Assembly (NCBI GenBank): GCA_020536535.1
Contig: JAHLWZ010000496.1
Coordinates: 89,474 to 153,473, forward strand
From: Pelomyxa schiedti
Lineage: Eukaryota; Protista; Evosea
Direction of reading: 5' to 3'
Length of the DNA stretch: 64,000 bases
Both the position numbers and the translations under genes were made by a program. A model generated the notes under the pieces. It was not told the DNA's origin and made no database searches. It was given only the letters and a program-made list of their open reading frames with translations. Position 1 is the first letter of the stretch, and each line of letters starts with the position of its first letter. Below are positions 22,201-36,985 of this stretch, one piece after another.

Positions 22201-25200
22201 ATGGCCAGTACTGCAGAAGAAATGTTTGTGAGGCAGTACATGGATGCAACAGGAGGTAATTTTTCAAATGCTGCTATAGAATTGCTACTACTTTTTTTTG
22301 ATACTTGACAACTGCGTGCCTTTGACACCTTTCTCTTGCAGACATTTCGAAAAAATTGAAGCTTGTTGTTGAATTGAGAGAAAACCTGGACATAATGCAC
22401 ACACTGGAATACACCAATTTTCTTGTGTATGTGTTCCCAGTGCTGTACAATGAGCTGCGAGGCATTGAACCACAGAAAGCTGATGGACCTGAACACAAGC
22501 TCAGAAACACAATTTTGGAAATTATCAAGCGGCTCCCTTGCACTGACCAGCTGAAAACAAATGTTCCTCATTTAATGAAGCTGGCGATGTACCTACTTGA
22601 GGTTTAAGACACTTTCAAGAGATCTGCTCGAAGTGTTCCACTAAACAACCACACCTCTCAGGTTGAGAGTGAGGACAATGTTATCATTTGTTTACACATC
22701 ATCATTGAATTGCATAAGAATTTCAAAATGTCAATGGAAAATGAGGTTGGTGCAATGTGATTGCATGTCTCTGACTGCAGAACTTATCATGCAATAGCTT
22801 GCAGAGCAAGTACAAGCTTTTCTCAATTTTGTGCACAGACTCCTTGGTGAACTGCCAAAGACCATGGAAAGAACTTTCCAAGAGCCTCCTCCCCCTGCAG
22901 GGACCCTTATTTCCGCTCTTCAATCCTTCAAAGTTTCTTCCATTGTGAATTGAATCTGAACTGAAGGAAGATAGGTCCTCACAGAAGTGCCAATAATGGT
23001 TGTGCTGCTGTTTCAACTGTATCCACGCTTTGTTTCCACAAACATAAATGCTTTCATACCACATATTGTGAATACTCTGGCTCTCAAAGTACCTAATTTG
23101 TATAAGGAAAGCAAAGTGCTAACTAAATCACTGACAGCCCCCTCCTAATTCTGAAGTCACTCACCACCAAGCATACACAGACTTCATTTCTGCCCAAGTG
23201 AAGGTCAGTCGATGATACCACAAAAATGGCTAACTTATTAAGACTTTATCATTTCTTGCATTTTTAACACGAGGCTATATTGATCAAATGAGAAGCTACG
23301 TTGACAGCATTACAAGTTCTGTCATATATTTGTTTAGGTGCTGCCCACATGAACTCACAGCAACAAGAAAGGTTAGTTAAATATACTCTCCTCTTATGTC
23401 AATTCACTGTAACACTAGGAATTGTTGATAGCCACGCGCCATATTCTAGCCACAGAATTCAGGCAAAACTTTTTACCACACATAGATGATCTCTTTGATG
23501 AAAAAATACTCATTGGTACCGGGCGTACTTGTTTTGAACTTCTGAGGTCATTGGCTTATGGTTGCACCACCAGTTGATAATAAGTCTCATTGATGTAGGT
23601 ATGCTGGCTGACATGGTGCATAATATGCGTGGCGAGCTTGGCTTCCAGCAACTGTCAACTGTATACTATCATTTATATTTCACCCTTACAGATTCTTGTT
23701 AGGTAGTTGCTATGTATTCTCGGAACATTCACGATCCCACTTTATCATTCAGTCTACAGTCCATGTCTGCCAAACTCCTCCTTAATCTGGTAGAGTATAT
23801 CTCAAAATGTGAAGCAGATGGGAAAGGTTTTTCCCCTCTTACCCTCCCACTCCCTTATTTCTTGTAGCTGGGCCCAGGGCCCTCATAATCCGAATCTTTG
23901 ATGTGTTCACCAATAAATTCAGTACTCTTAAAACACAAATCCCAAAACTTCTGAAAGAGCCACCTAGTGATGACCAACAGAACTTAGATGTTATCAAAGG
24001 TTCAGTGACAGTTTCTCCCTGCACTAACTAAACTATTAGAGTGTCGCATGTTGCTCAAAACACTTGTACTGGGGTTGAAAAATATAATTTGGGGAATAAC
24101 CTCCTGCACCCAACCTGCCCCGAATCCAGCAACACCAACATCACCTTTTGCTGCACAGTCATCTTTAGGTGCCTATAGAGTTGCACAAATAGAAGAAAGT
24201 AAGACTTATTCAACAATGCTCAAGAGTGGAATAAGGAGTTTTATCATCTTTTCTCGTGGTCATGGGGCATCACCTGCTGAAGAAAAAGAAGTATGAGTTT
24301 GTGGCAACTTTTTCTTACATTGGAAAGATTTTAGATCATTTTGCTGTTGTCCTGACAATGGTTGATCCTCGCATTTTCAAGGACGTTTTTGAAACGCACA
24401 TGCCTTTTTTATTTGATCAAATTTTGAAGAACCAAGCCATCCTCACCATCCCTCAAACATTTTTATTGCAAGGTGGCTTCCAAAAAATATCTCCAATCTT
24501 TGCTGATATTTTACTTAACTTCTTGATGAGCAAGCTCAAGTAATTAATTGGCTTAAGTGTTACAATCCTAAAGATTTCACAGGTGCCTTGCTGAACCGGA
24601 AAAGCTTGTATCTAGTGTTATGGTGAGACTGTTTAAATTGGTTTTTGGCTCCCTAGCTCAGTATCCTGAAAATGACAGTGTTCTGCAGCCACATCTCCAA
24701 AATCTTATACAGTCATGCCTCAAATATTCCTCTGAAGTAAATACCTCCCCTCTTTTTCATTTAACACCTTTCTAGGAATCTCTAAACTACTTTGCACTTC
24801 TGAGAGCTCTCTTTCGGGTAATTGGCACAAAAAGTGATGTATTTATCAAAGACATTTTCCCTCTTCTTCCAGGTGCTACTTAAAACGAAACTTTTTTTTT
24901 CCCCTCACTTTCTAAAGGAATATTGGAATCCCTCAATCACCTTCACCAGTGCTGCCACAATCCAACTATGCGAGATTTGTTTGTGGAGTTGTCACTCACA
25001 ATTCCTGTGAAGCCAAGTGCTCTAGCACCTTTTATTAATCAGCTTATTCCCCCAATTCTCAGTGCTCTTAATTCAAACAACGATTTGGTGTCTCAGGTAT
25101 ACATCAAGAATAAATGTAGGCTCTTAACCTAATAAGGGTTTGAGCACCCTGGATACTCTTGTTGATAATTTGTGTGGCGTCCTTGACAATGAACTTGGGT

Positions 25201-28200
25201 CTTACAAAGAAGAGTTACTTCGGGCAGTAAAGCGACACTTAAGGCCTACACCATATTTGCATGGTCAAGCTGCTCTAAAAATTCTGGGGAAAATGGGGGG
25301 AAGATCCCGTAAAATTCGACGAGGAAACACTTTCAATATCATTCCCCATGTAAGAGCTCCACTCCCCACAATCAAGCCCAGCATCATATAGGAAAACAGT
25401 GAAGATTGCTTTTATGAGGAATGTTTATCAGTAATGTGCACTTTTGAGGGTTACGAACAGAGACTTCCTCTTAATCTTGGAAGATGTATTCCCTTCGTCA
25501 AAAAGTTTACCTTAACATCTTCTTATGCTAGTGACAAACATCTCCTAGTAACATCTTTGTGCAATAATTTTTGGTTCTAATGTATCCAGAAAAACACCTT
25601 CTTATTTGTCCGGGCGAGTATACTCTCCTTGGTGTCATTCAAACGAGATCCATCCCATTTCCTGTATGCATAACTCTCTGTCTCACAAATTAACGTTTTT
25701 AAGGTCTGCCTGTAGTACAACTGTAAAAGAAAGAGTACCTCCAATTGCCCCTACACAAGTGGTAATTGGTGGGAATGTGAAAACACGGCAGATACTGGAG
25801 AACCAAGAATCTGCATTCACAACCTTACTCACCTGTGCATTTGCACTTTCATCCTTTGATTGGCTCAAAGTAGATTGCTTAGAAATCAGTGATTAGCTAA
25901 AACAATCTGTAGGAGGAGGCGAATACATTTATCAAGGGACTGTGTACGCACTTTGCTTTCTTACTATGTGCAAATTGTACTCACGACCGCTCTTCTCTGA
26001 CGGTTTAACACTGCTCCAATATAAATACGCACTGAGATACTTGAGGAATTGGATCCACTTTGTTTCGCTCGGGCAGTTGTTAATACACTGGCACTTGACA
26101 ATCGCTCCCAAGCAATTTCAGGTCTCTCTGCTCTGTCAATGCTGATGGATTGTTTAAGCCTACTCTGTGAGACAAAGGAAAGTGTCTTCCATGATTTATT
26201 TTTCCCTAATTTTCCTAGGAAGCTGCATCCCAATTACCTCTATTTGAATTTTTAGTACAACAGTTGTGTAGTAACTGCTATCACCGTGACTGGAGTGCCA
26301 AAGCTGGTGGTTGTCTTGGGTTATCGCTCTTAGTAAGCCGACTAACTCCCACATGGTGCCATAGGCATCAAATTGAAGTCACACAAGCACTGTTGTCTGT
26401 GTTTCAGGTAAACACATCTAAATGAGACTTTTTTTTTACAATCAACAAGGACTTGCCTGTTGAAGTTACTCCAGGCACAGTGGAAGACGCAAAAAAAACT
26501 TTATCTGATATTTTAAAAAATATTCTAGCCGATCCCGAGTCCGCCATTAAGGTTGTTCCTTCCGTCGTTATTAAGTGCTTAATTCCTAAAACAGTGTGAC
26601 TTGGGCACTCTTCTGAAGTTGCTAATTTCTAGTCTGGCCAACCAATGCCCCACTTTACGCAGTATAGTACAAGAATCTCTTATTTCTATCAGTGCATCAC
26701 CTATGCTTGTATGCACCCTTTCTAAATTTTCAAATCAAAGCATAAGAGACTTACGACTTCTCAGAGTGCTATGGTAATAGAAGAGTACCTCAAGTATGTT
26801 TGTGATCAGCCACATCCTTCTCAGCCTTATGTACACACTGCAATCCTATCGTTTTTCCTTTTTTTTATTTCCATTCAGACTCTAGAGGCTCAAACAGCTT
26901 TTTTCTCTTCAATGTCTTTTGTCTTGTCTCAGTTGCCTCCACCTCTTGTGGACACTCCTACCCTGCGCAGTAATATACAAGTGGCTATGAGTACCCTGGA
27001 GGACAGCGTTTTCCTACCATCTCTTACAACCTCCCATACGTCTTTAGTAAAAGTTTGTACTCCATTGACTTCAATCCACCTCTGATTAATTCCTTTTTTC
27101 AGAATCTTCTGGAATTTTCTTGTGCTATTTGCATCAAAATGGACACTTCAAATGACATGAAACAGCACTTGTTTAGTTTATTGGTGAAATTTTTGATTTC
27201 AGCCAATAACACTGTAGCGAGTTCTGTGAAGGAGTTGTTGTCCCCTCTATTATCTTCAAAAAAACTACCATGGGTAAGTACTCCTTGTAACTTCTTTGCA
27301 TTTTACTTCTATAGGATCTTGTGCAAAACTGCTTGCGTCCTGTTCTCTCTCAAGCTCGTGATATCAAACTCTTAACACCTCACCTGTTGCAAGGTCTTCT
27401 TTATTTGTTTGAACAGACAAATGCCTTCACATTTGCTGTTGGAGGTTTGCCCCCGATGCAATTACTTGCCTTTCAACATATTTAGAACGGTTCTTTGAAC
27501 ACCTGAAGCAAGTTACTGAAGTATTGTGTAAAACTTCTGCCACTACCGCCACTGCTGCAAATACTCCAAGCCTCACTTGCAAAGATCCTGATGTGAAAGT
27601 ATCTTCGTTACTTCTATGGTTCTTTCCATTACTCCACTCTCCGTCAACTTCAAAATTACTGGGTGAGCTATTCCCTATTCACCATCACTAAACTTAATAT
27701 AATCAATGAAGAACCCCTCGTTTTACTTGTGATGCAATTGGAACTCCTTTTCACACCAAGAGAAGCTTCTTGCTTGTACTTCCATTTCATCTCCTCCACT
27801 TTTGTTAAAAGATTAAACAAACAGATATTATGACCCTCTTACAAAATTCTTGAGTAAACATGCTACCCTGACCATCGAATTCTTTTTGTCACACCTCTCT
27901 CTGGTTGGTTTTGGTCTTGGAAATTACCAGACTAAGCACTGTAAAGGTGCACTTCGCTAAGTTTTTTTGGATCATTCTGTCAAATTCCAATTCTGGACCA
28001 TTACGTGATGAGCTTACAAAGACACCCACAAAATTACTTGCAGTATTTGCTGGCAAGGTATCCACACTTCCTAACTCTCTGTTACTCATTCTTTCAGTAT
28101 TCAACACAAGGGAATTTTGTGGATGTTCAATTGCAGGCAGTGGAATTGGTCCGTCTACTTGTAAAGCTGCTTCCTGACTGGCTACCAAAGAATCGAGCTG

Positions 28201-31200
28201 TGCTAGATTGCTTGATTGAGCTGTGGAAATCACCTCTTGTACATTTACACCTATATTGTTGTACGGAGAACTTACCTTTTTCTTCTTTCCTTAAAGCACA
28301 CTGCAAGATTAGCAAATGCACACACACTGCCTTTGCATCAATTACGTGAATCCAAGGTTTAAGAAATGGAAAAAGATTGGTCTATGTAATCCAAAAATTC
28401 CACAGAACCTCATAAAATGCTTTTTGAATTATTGCCGAGCTCACAACGAGGAACAAGATCTTCTTTTTCACATGGTTTCAGTGTTTCAAGTTAGAACAAC
28501 TACCGATTTCACTTTCTTAAAAGATTTCTATGTTGAAGAAGTCGGAAAAGTATGGCAACCATGACAATTTCCTAGTAACAAATATATTTCGTACAGACTT
28601 ACCCTATTGAGCTCAAGCTGGCACTATTGCAGAGATTTCTCCAGTTTTATCAGGATCCTAGTGTTACTATTGAACACAAGATACAAGCAATACAAATGTT
28701 TATCTCTCCTTTGTTGAGTGTGACTTTCTCTTTAAATCAGCCAATAGACAAGCAGGTACTGTGTGAAAATAGCAATACCGCAACTAAAAAAATAGCAGAT
28801 CATTTTTTCAATTATTATCGAAATCTTGCACTGTGACACAACCGAGGTTCCACACTTTTTTGTGACCATCATCATGTAATGTGATACACAGATGCAAGGA
28901 GCAGGACCTGGGTTTTTCCCCCCACCACCAACTCAGTCACAGCAGCAAGCAGTATTCAATCCAGTAGAAGAGTCATTAAGCAGGGAATTGCTGCAGCTTG
29001 CTACACTTCTTGTAAAAAATATGAAGACAGAACTTCAAGAAAACCGCAAGGTTTATCTACAGAATGTCTTCCTTTTCTCTCTGATTTCTCATAGGAACTC
29101 ATTAAATTTGCCTGGTATTACCTTAAAAGTGAAGACATCACAACTCGACAGTGTGCCTACATTCTTGTTTGTCGATTTATAGAAGCCTTTGAAACTCCCC
29201 CAAAAATCATTTTGCAAGTAAAGCCTACATTCTTAATTAAAAATCTCACTGCACCAGGTATATGTTGCCTTATTACGGTGTTACCAAGCAGAGGCAAAAC
29301 ATCTTGTAAGAGAGGCACTGGACATATTGACACCAACCCTACCCAAGAGGGTAAGCTATGACGAGCTGAATCCTCTCGTTTAAACGATACCACAGTTGCA
29401 GCCTGACCAGTATGCAACATCTTGGATTAAGTGGACGAAAAAGATAGCTGTTGAGGAAACTAATGCCCTACTTCAGTTGACACATATTCTCCACCTCATT
29501 CTAAGACATCCCAACATATTTTACATGGCAAAAAGTCAATTTACACCGCATTTTGTGAACTGTTTGGTAAGGTCGTCACATTACACATCTTCTGACTTTA
29601 CCAGGTTCGAGTGGGCCTACTTCCCCAGTCCCCACCAGAAAATAGAAAACTTGCAGTTGATGTTGTCGAACTAACAATACTTTGGGAAAAAGCTAAACTT
29701 GGAATTATTCCTTCAAGTTCTCATATTAGAGAACTACTTCCGTCTAACTTCTTTTTAGATGCACCTATCCAAGTCCCTGGAATAACAGCACAAGATACTA
29801 ACTCTATTCGTGATACTTCCCAGTATTTTCTTCTGCCTTCCTCACACTTTATTTACCTCATCACAGTGATGATGGATATCCAACAAGCCAACCTGTCATT
29901 GACATGATTGTGTATTTCCTCGTTAGGATGCTTCTCATCTGCAATGATAGCTCTGGTCAACCACCAATGCCTGGTGCACAACCACAGCAAACCAATTCCG
30001 CCCCTTCACAACTTCCTGAGAGAATACTTGGCTTACTCAAGGAAGCCACTACACTCTGGCCATCAGCAGAAGTTAAACCCCCAATTTTTGAAGTATGTGG
30101 ACCGCTGTTTAAATTGAAACTCAGTAACGGAAACATGAAACAAAATCCAGAAATTATTCAGTGCCATTCAACCATCAGAGCAACCAGGCCAGTCCCAGAC
30201 AGTACCCCAGGCGCTTCTCTCTGTCTTGGGTGTTATAAATGCTGTGACAGAAACTTCACAACAAATAACTCTCTTCATTACAACAAATCTGGTAGGCTTT
30301 TCAGCCACATTGGCTCCCTCATTCGCCTCAGAAAACACAAAGGTTTGATGTTACTTTACATGCCTTGAAAAAACCACACCCAGCAAGTGCAATTGCTTGC
30401 CATGATATTCAAAAAAATCATCAAGGAGTATCCTCCTGCTGTTGTACAGATGCAACTACCTGAGATGGGGCTATACAAAAAATTACAAGAAGTGATAGGC
30501 AGGCACCACCCTCTTTTCCCCTTTCGTTGTAGTAACCCTTGAATTACTAGAGTCCTCCTTAGGCACACACATTCTGAATGTCCTGTGTTTCCTTAAGTAA
30601 AGCTGTTTCTTTTCCAAAATATTCTCTAAATGGCCCTACAAGGAATATATCGGAAGAACATGAACTTTTTATTGATAACTACATACCATCTCTAGTGAAA
30701 TACTTCACGGTATCAAGTCAGTTATTTTTTTGTATAACTAAAAAAAAAAAAACAGAAAGCAATCAAAGATTTCGTCAGTCCGTCCAAAGAAGAGGTGCCC
30801 CCAGCAACTGAGTTCCTGTCCACCCGCCCCCATGTAAAAAAGGTTATCTGAACCATGTCACATCTAGGATGTTAAAGATAATCATAGGAATCAACTTCAA
30901 TTCTTATTGACACATTCCACTTGATAAGTTTAAGAATATCACAGTTTTCTGAACAGAGAAAAGTGTTCTACACAGTAAGCCACTTAACCTCATCCAAAGT
31001 TCTAATATCAACCCAAGGCACTGATACAACTGATAGAAAAATCTACAGAGCCAGAGCTCCTTCTAGAGATTACCAAAGTCATTAGCAGATGGATAATGCA
31101 AACACCTGATTCACGATACCCCACCCAACCACCCGTTGTATTAACTCCGAAAGACAAGCTTTCCTTTGTCACTAAAATGGCCCGTTTCGATCAGGTTTGT

Positions 31201-34200
31201 TGTCACTGTATCCTCTCAGGATGTTACCCTGGTTTTAGGTGTCTTGCCCTGAGTTATTCAGTCTGTATTTGGATCTTGTGTATCATATGCATGTGGATCA
31301 CGCCCAACTAGAAAACAATGGGTTTATGATGGGCCTGCATTCTAGGGAACCTGCAACACGAAGCAAATTCTTTGAATTGCACCATCAAAAACTACCAACT
31401 GTTGTGAGATTCAAACTTTCTTGCACTAATGCCCACTAGAATGTTCATCAGAGACTTTTGTATATTGTTTCCTCTAAGGACTGGGAAGGTGTGGCACACA
31501 CATACTGGATCAAGCAGGTCTAACTTATCTGTATATTGCCTTTTCTCAACTTTTGTTAAGGCTCTTGATTTGATTCTCGCAGTTCTTCATATTGAATCTA
31601 TTCAACTGGATCCTCTTTGTGCACACTTACCAGTCATCACCAAAAATCGTCAGTCTCCTGCTATCGGTGCGACCATAACTAAGGAGGTATTACTCCATAA
31701 ATTTTCTTCTTTTATGTAACAGTTCAAGGTAACAAATTTGGTCACGATGGAATGTGAGTTTACAAACAAAATGAAGAATCTACTTCTCAGTGATTTACTA
31801 ACTCCCCTGCGGTATATACGTTCGTTTGCCCTTAAATTCGCTCAATACTTGGGAAGGGAAATGATCCATTACGACCCTGATCTCTCGCATCATCTATGGG
31901 TTATACTTTTCCCTTTTGCCTGGTCCTCTTCCTCTCTCTTTTCGTCTTTAATTCATTGTAGGCGTCACTTCTCTCCCGAACAACAATGTGAATTTCATGC
32001 ACCACTCATTAAGTTATTGAATCAACCATACCATCAAAAACAGCAACAAAACAGACCCAATACTATCCAAGTAACTTCTTTTGTTATCACTTCACCTTTT
32101 TTTTCCTCACTATTCTAGACATTACTTTCTGGAATCTATGCCTCTCCTCAGCCACCACCAATCCCACATCCACATCTGAAATATTTGTCACGCACATTCA
32201 ATCTGTGGCAAGTTGGTATTGGCTATCTTGAGGAATACCTTCAAGGGAACGATAAGAGATTTCCCTCTGAAGAAACAGCGGAAAGGCGCGCTGAATTTGT
32301 TGGTACATTGGATGTGTTGCTATGACCAAAATAACTCTAGTCAGCTAGTGCACTGGTTGAATTGGCTGACTTATATACATCTCTGGGAGAAATGGACTAC
32401 AGATACGGCTTACAAATGTCTTCCAGCAACTCTGAACATGCAAGGGTATGTTCTCTGAATTACTGTACAATGGCTCACCCTTGATGTTAGGCAGCCTTCC
32501 TATATGAGCAATTTGAACAGTGGTCGTCAGCAGCTGATGCTTATTTTGAAGCTATGAAACAGTTGGCAACAGGTCCAGTCAAACTTCCCACTTCACCAGT
32601 GTGTTTTTCCCCCTCCTCTTCCCCTAGTCAATCCTTGAAGCTTGATGCCATATATGAGGCCGGGTTTGTGGAGTGCACCAAACGGTTAAACAACTGGGAT
32701 TTAGTAGCAAGCATAGCAAAAGAATACTTACACCAAGGTATTCTTCCCTCTTTAACTTCGATTGATAATTTCTTCTCGACAGAGTTGTTGTTTGATAGTC
32801 TGTGGAGACTTGGTGACTGGAGTACAGCTCGCGACACTATCACACACATTCCTGATGATGATTCTAGCGTTACAAAGCGTCTTTTCCATTGCATGGATGC
32901 CGTGGCAAATTCGAAGTTTAATGACCTATCCAATTTACTACTTCAATCAGTCTCCTTGATCCTCAAAGTACCATACAACACAAAACTACAAGACCTAACA
33001 AAAACAAAAAAGAAGTGGCAGCAATACCCAGCAGATTGCCTTTCAGCCCAGTTGAATCTGTTGCATTCCATGCATCAGGTAATTCTCATTGTTCATCATT
33101 TCCACTGAAGAGTTTTAATAGTTGGTGGAAATTGAAGAAGCAAGTAATATTCTCACACAGTTGCTTCCCCAGTCCCGGGCAGTGGAAATGAAATCCAAAT
33201 TCGTGTAGGTTTCCCCTCCACCTTGTTCTGATTGCTTTCCTGATTCATTCTAGGGTGTGGAGAGACCGTCTCCCCAACATTTGGGAAGATGTATTACTCT
33301 GGGGTGACATTATTTCATGGCACCAATTTATTTTCAGTCAGCTTGCAACTGCATTCCCAGCGCAAGTTCCACAACCATCAGGTTTTTGTTCTCGCTTTTT
33401 CAGAATAGGATAATTACACAACAAGCTTTTTCTTTGATTGCTCCTCAAGAAACTGCCAGAGGACTTATTCAGCTAAGCCATGCATCAAGAAAATCCGGAC
33501 TATTGAATACATGCCGCACAACTCTGTCTAAGCTCTATTCGTTACCAAATATTGATGTATGGATGCTTTCATAAAAAAAATGGATTTAACTAGAGAAAAG
33601 CCATCAGATGCCTATAGAAAACTGCGTGAACAAATTAAGTGTGATATTGCTTCTGGAAATTCAAAACGGGGTACCTTCCTACTCATGTCACTCTTTCCCT
33701 AAGAAAAAAAAAAGGTGTGGAAATTGTAAACCTACTGCCAGATGCTTATCAGGCTTCGCAAAAGGCGGACTTGTGGTGCCTTAAAGCCGAGTGCCTTTCA
33801 AGAATAGGATGTTTGGATGAAGCTTATGAAACATACTCAGTGAGTATGGCATATGACAAGGGTAAATTGCTTGACAAGTTGTTATTCCTCAGTTCACACA
33901 GGATGGTTTCTATGGGGAAAATTCTGCGATAAGAGGTTTTTTGCAGTACGTGATAATCCAGCCTTACCACAACTTGTGGTCTGCCCTGTTGAGGATCCAA
34001 TAGAATGGGCTCGGTTCGCAATTTCTTGCTACCTACAGGTAAAGTACTGAAATATATTGCTCTCAACATCGTTACAGGGTATTAAGCAATATAATGGCAA
34101 TGTTCAGCCCTATATTGCACGCTGTTTGGTTCTTCTTGGTTATGATAATCAGTCGCATGTTCTGCTTGAATACTTCGAGTCTTGTACGGTGCAGTGTAAA

Positions 34201-36707
34201 TTTATATCTACTCAAGTTTTGCAGTATTTTCCTCTGTACCACTGTACCCCTGGGTGACATGGCTGCCACACCTCATACATTTATTCAGTGTATACCCAGC
34301 GAGTTCATCACTCAAAAACGTTCTGCAAAAATTCGTGGAATACTACCCGCAAACCTTGTTCTTTGCACTGCAATGTGGAGGCAGTCAGCAAGGGGAACTT
34401 TGTAGAAAAGAGGTTGCCTTGTAATACTGTCCAATTCTGACTAATCCCAGATGGTCCACGCTTTAATGAGGGCTCAACCTGTGACAACTAGCAAGCAAAA
34501 TGCAATTGTGCATGAAATATGCCATTCCTTGCAGCCAACTTCTCTTGAATCGGCACTTGTTAGAATGAAATCCATTTTTCTCCAGTGCTCTCGACAAGTA
34601 TTGAAAGATAATGTCAACACATCTGTTCTGCAAGGCATTACTTCTCAACTGGAACAAATACGACTCTCTCTGGGAGACCACCCAGAGGTTACCCTGCCTC
34701 TTGAGAAATTTCAAACTGATCAATCCCAGGTTCTGAAGCGATTTAACTCTGATTTCTCTGAATCTTTGAACGAGCAGTCTTTGTTGCAAGTGACCATTTT
34801 GCCCCTTCCGAACAACTTGTTAAACTCACTCCTTTAAGCTCATGCAAGTTCTCTCAAGGTGGCTTGACAGTGTGAACTTTAGCAGTACAACTCCTGGAAG
34901 TCCCAAGTCACAGGATTTATGCCAGCATACTGATCACCTCCACAACAGCAGTCCCTTATTATGTACTATGCCACTACATGATATCGAAATTCCTGGCCAA
35001 ATGCTTGAGGTCCACAAAAAAAAAGAAAAAAGGATACCTAACTATTCATGCAGGATAGTGGCATCGGATGGACTGTAATGATTGAACGTTTTTATCCTGA
35101 AGTACACATTTCAGCTTTTGAGGGTTTGAAAGAAACAGAGTAGTAAGGCACCAACACACATCAACAGGTAACTTTGTCCGTATGCTGGGATTTCTGGGAT
35201 CCAATGGCAAAGTATATTGGGCGCAAGTGCAAGGCCCCAGTACATGCTACGGGATGCTCGGAGGGTCTTTTTCTGGTGATCCACAGTTGGATTTGTCACC
35301 CACAGTATATTACCAAGACTACATGGCGTGCCATTTGTACCGAAAATTAAACTTGCTTCTTCTCAAGAACAGGGTTGGGTTTTTCCATTTTTCTTCCCCC
35401 CGTTGTAATTGTTTCTAGCATACATGTAGAAGAAATGTTTTTTTGAATATTCCACTCATTGTTCCTGTATCATCCAGTGTACGACTGTTCTTTTGCCCAC
35501 AAGATTCTGTTTCCTTGTGGCAGGTAAGAAAGTTTTCATAACGTATCAAGTATTGATACATGCCAGGTATATGTCAATTGGTGTCTTAGTTCTCCCCCAC
35601 CTGAGGTTTCTATGGACGAGTCGGCTTTGACTCCATGGCCAACATATAAGCCATTTCTTGTGCATAGGGTTCTTTTTTACACCCTCCTCTAATTTTTTTA
35701 AGTTATCACAGAATGAGACAAAGCAAAACCACTTTTCCCAATACAATGGACTCATCCCCTGTGACATTCTATCGAAGGTTTGAACTTTCTTTTATGCGTA
35801 GTTCTTACAAAAGCAGTACATGTCACATTGTGCCACATCACTGGACCGTCTGTTCGAGATAAAACGTAAAATGATAAACGCTACAGCTGCCTCTGCTATC
35901 GTTGGATACACCTGTGGAATTCCACCCCCAACACCAGAAAGAATTATTCTTTCACAATCGTCTTGTCCTACCATGAACATGCTGCATTTTCCAGGTACAG
36001 TCAAATCATTTCTGTGTTTCATCTCGACTACTTTTAACCTTGCCCAGCATACAATCAACAAGGTCTAGCCTGTGGTTGCTCTGGAATAACTCCCTCTTCT
36101 ATAATGATGCGCCTTACACCCAGTATACAATATTTATTCAACCCGCTAACGGGAATACCGGGGCCTCTTACAGCAGGAATGATCTCCGCCAGCATTGCCC
36201 TCTCGCAGTCGAAGGTTCGGAGGCGTATCTCTTTTGCCCCTCTAACACTCAGATAGTACCACCTGAAATCATTCTTGGAAGTATTTCTGATGGATGACCC
36301 ATCGTTCTGTACACAACCAACACATCCTGAACCCGCCCCAGTTGATAAAATGGACCAAGACAGCACCGAAACAACCGGCGACCACAAGCCCTCATCCTCT
36401 GACATGGATCAAGACAGCACTCACCCTTCCAAGGACAAACTCATTCAACAGAACCTTTCAACAACTTGCACTCGCCTCGACTTCCTCTATGCGCACCCCG
36501 GGCCGCCATCCTGTCCTCTAGATACAGTATGTTATCCTATACCCCTGTCAATCCCCCAAAAAACACACAACAAACACAACAGAATACTAACACTGGTACC
36601 AGAAAATTTTGCAGGAATCACATACAAAGGTGAAGGAGATGATCAGACTTGCAGTCTGCCCAAACAACCTCGCCCTATGTGACCCCGTGTGGTTCCCTTG
36701 GCTGTAA
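22201..36707 (+). CDS. TRRAP: TRRAP/Tra1 (PIKK-family pseudokinase, SAGA/NuA4 scaffold)
   Basis: N-terminal KLRNTILEIIKRLP...ESEDNVIICLHIIIELHKNFK, LRSLAY.MLADMVH, FAT region WRDRLPNIWED..LW.DI..WR, kinase-like GSNGKVY and MRLTPSIQ, FATC terminus NNLALCDPVWFPWL-TAA at 36707; dozens of short introns; no DRH..N/DFG motifs. Confidence 0.92.
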
Positions 36708-36985
36708 AAATATGTGAAAAACAAGTGAAACACCCGCATCCCATAATTCCTGTCACCAATCTGGCCAGGGCATGTTCTTCATGCGGCAGACAGTTGGCTT
36801 GTGTGAGTTTATTTGATGACACTGTACGTCAGTCTGACACAAGCAAGATTACAACGGCGAATGTCTGAATTTTTTCCCTTTTGGACTTGCCCACCCACCC
36901 TGAGTTCCAGATCGAAGGTGATTTTTGGGTTCACGTTCAGATCTTCGATTTTCTGTTAACGGCAAATTGCTCAAGACATTCCGGA

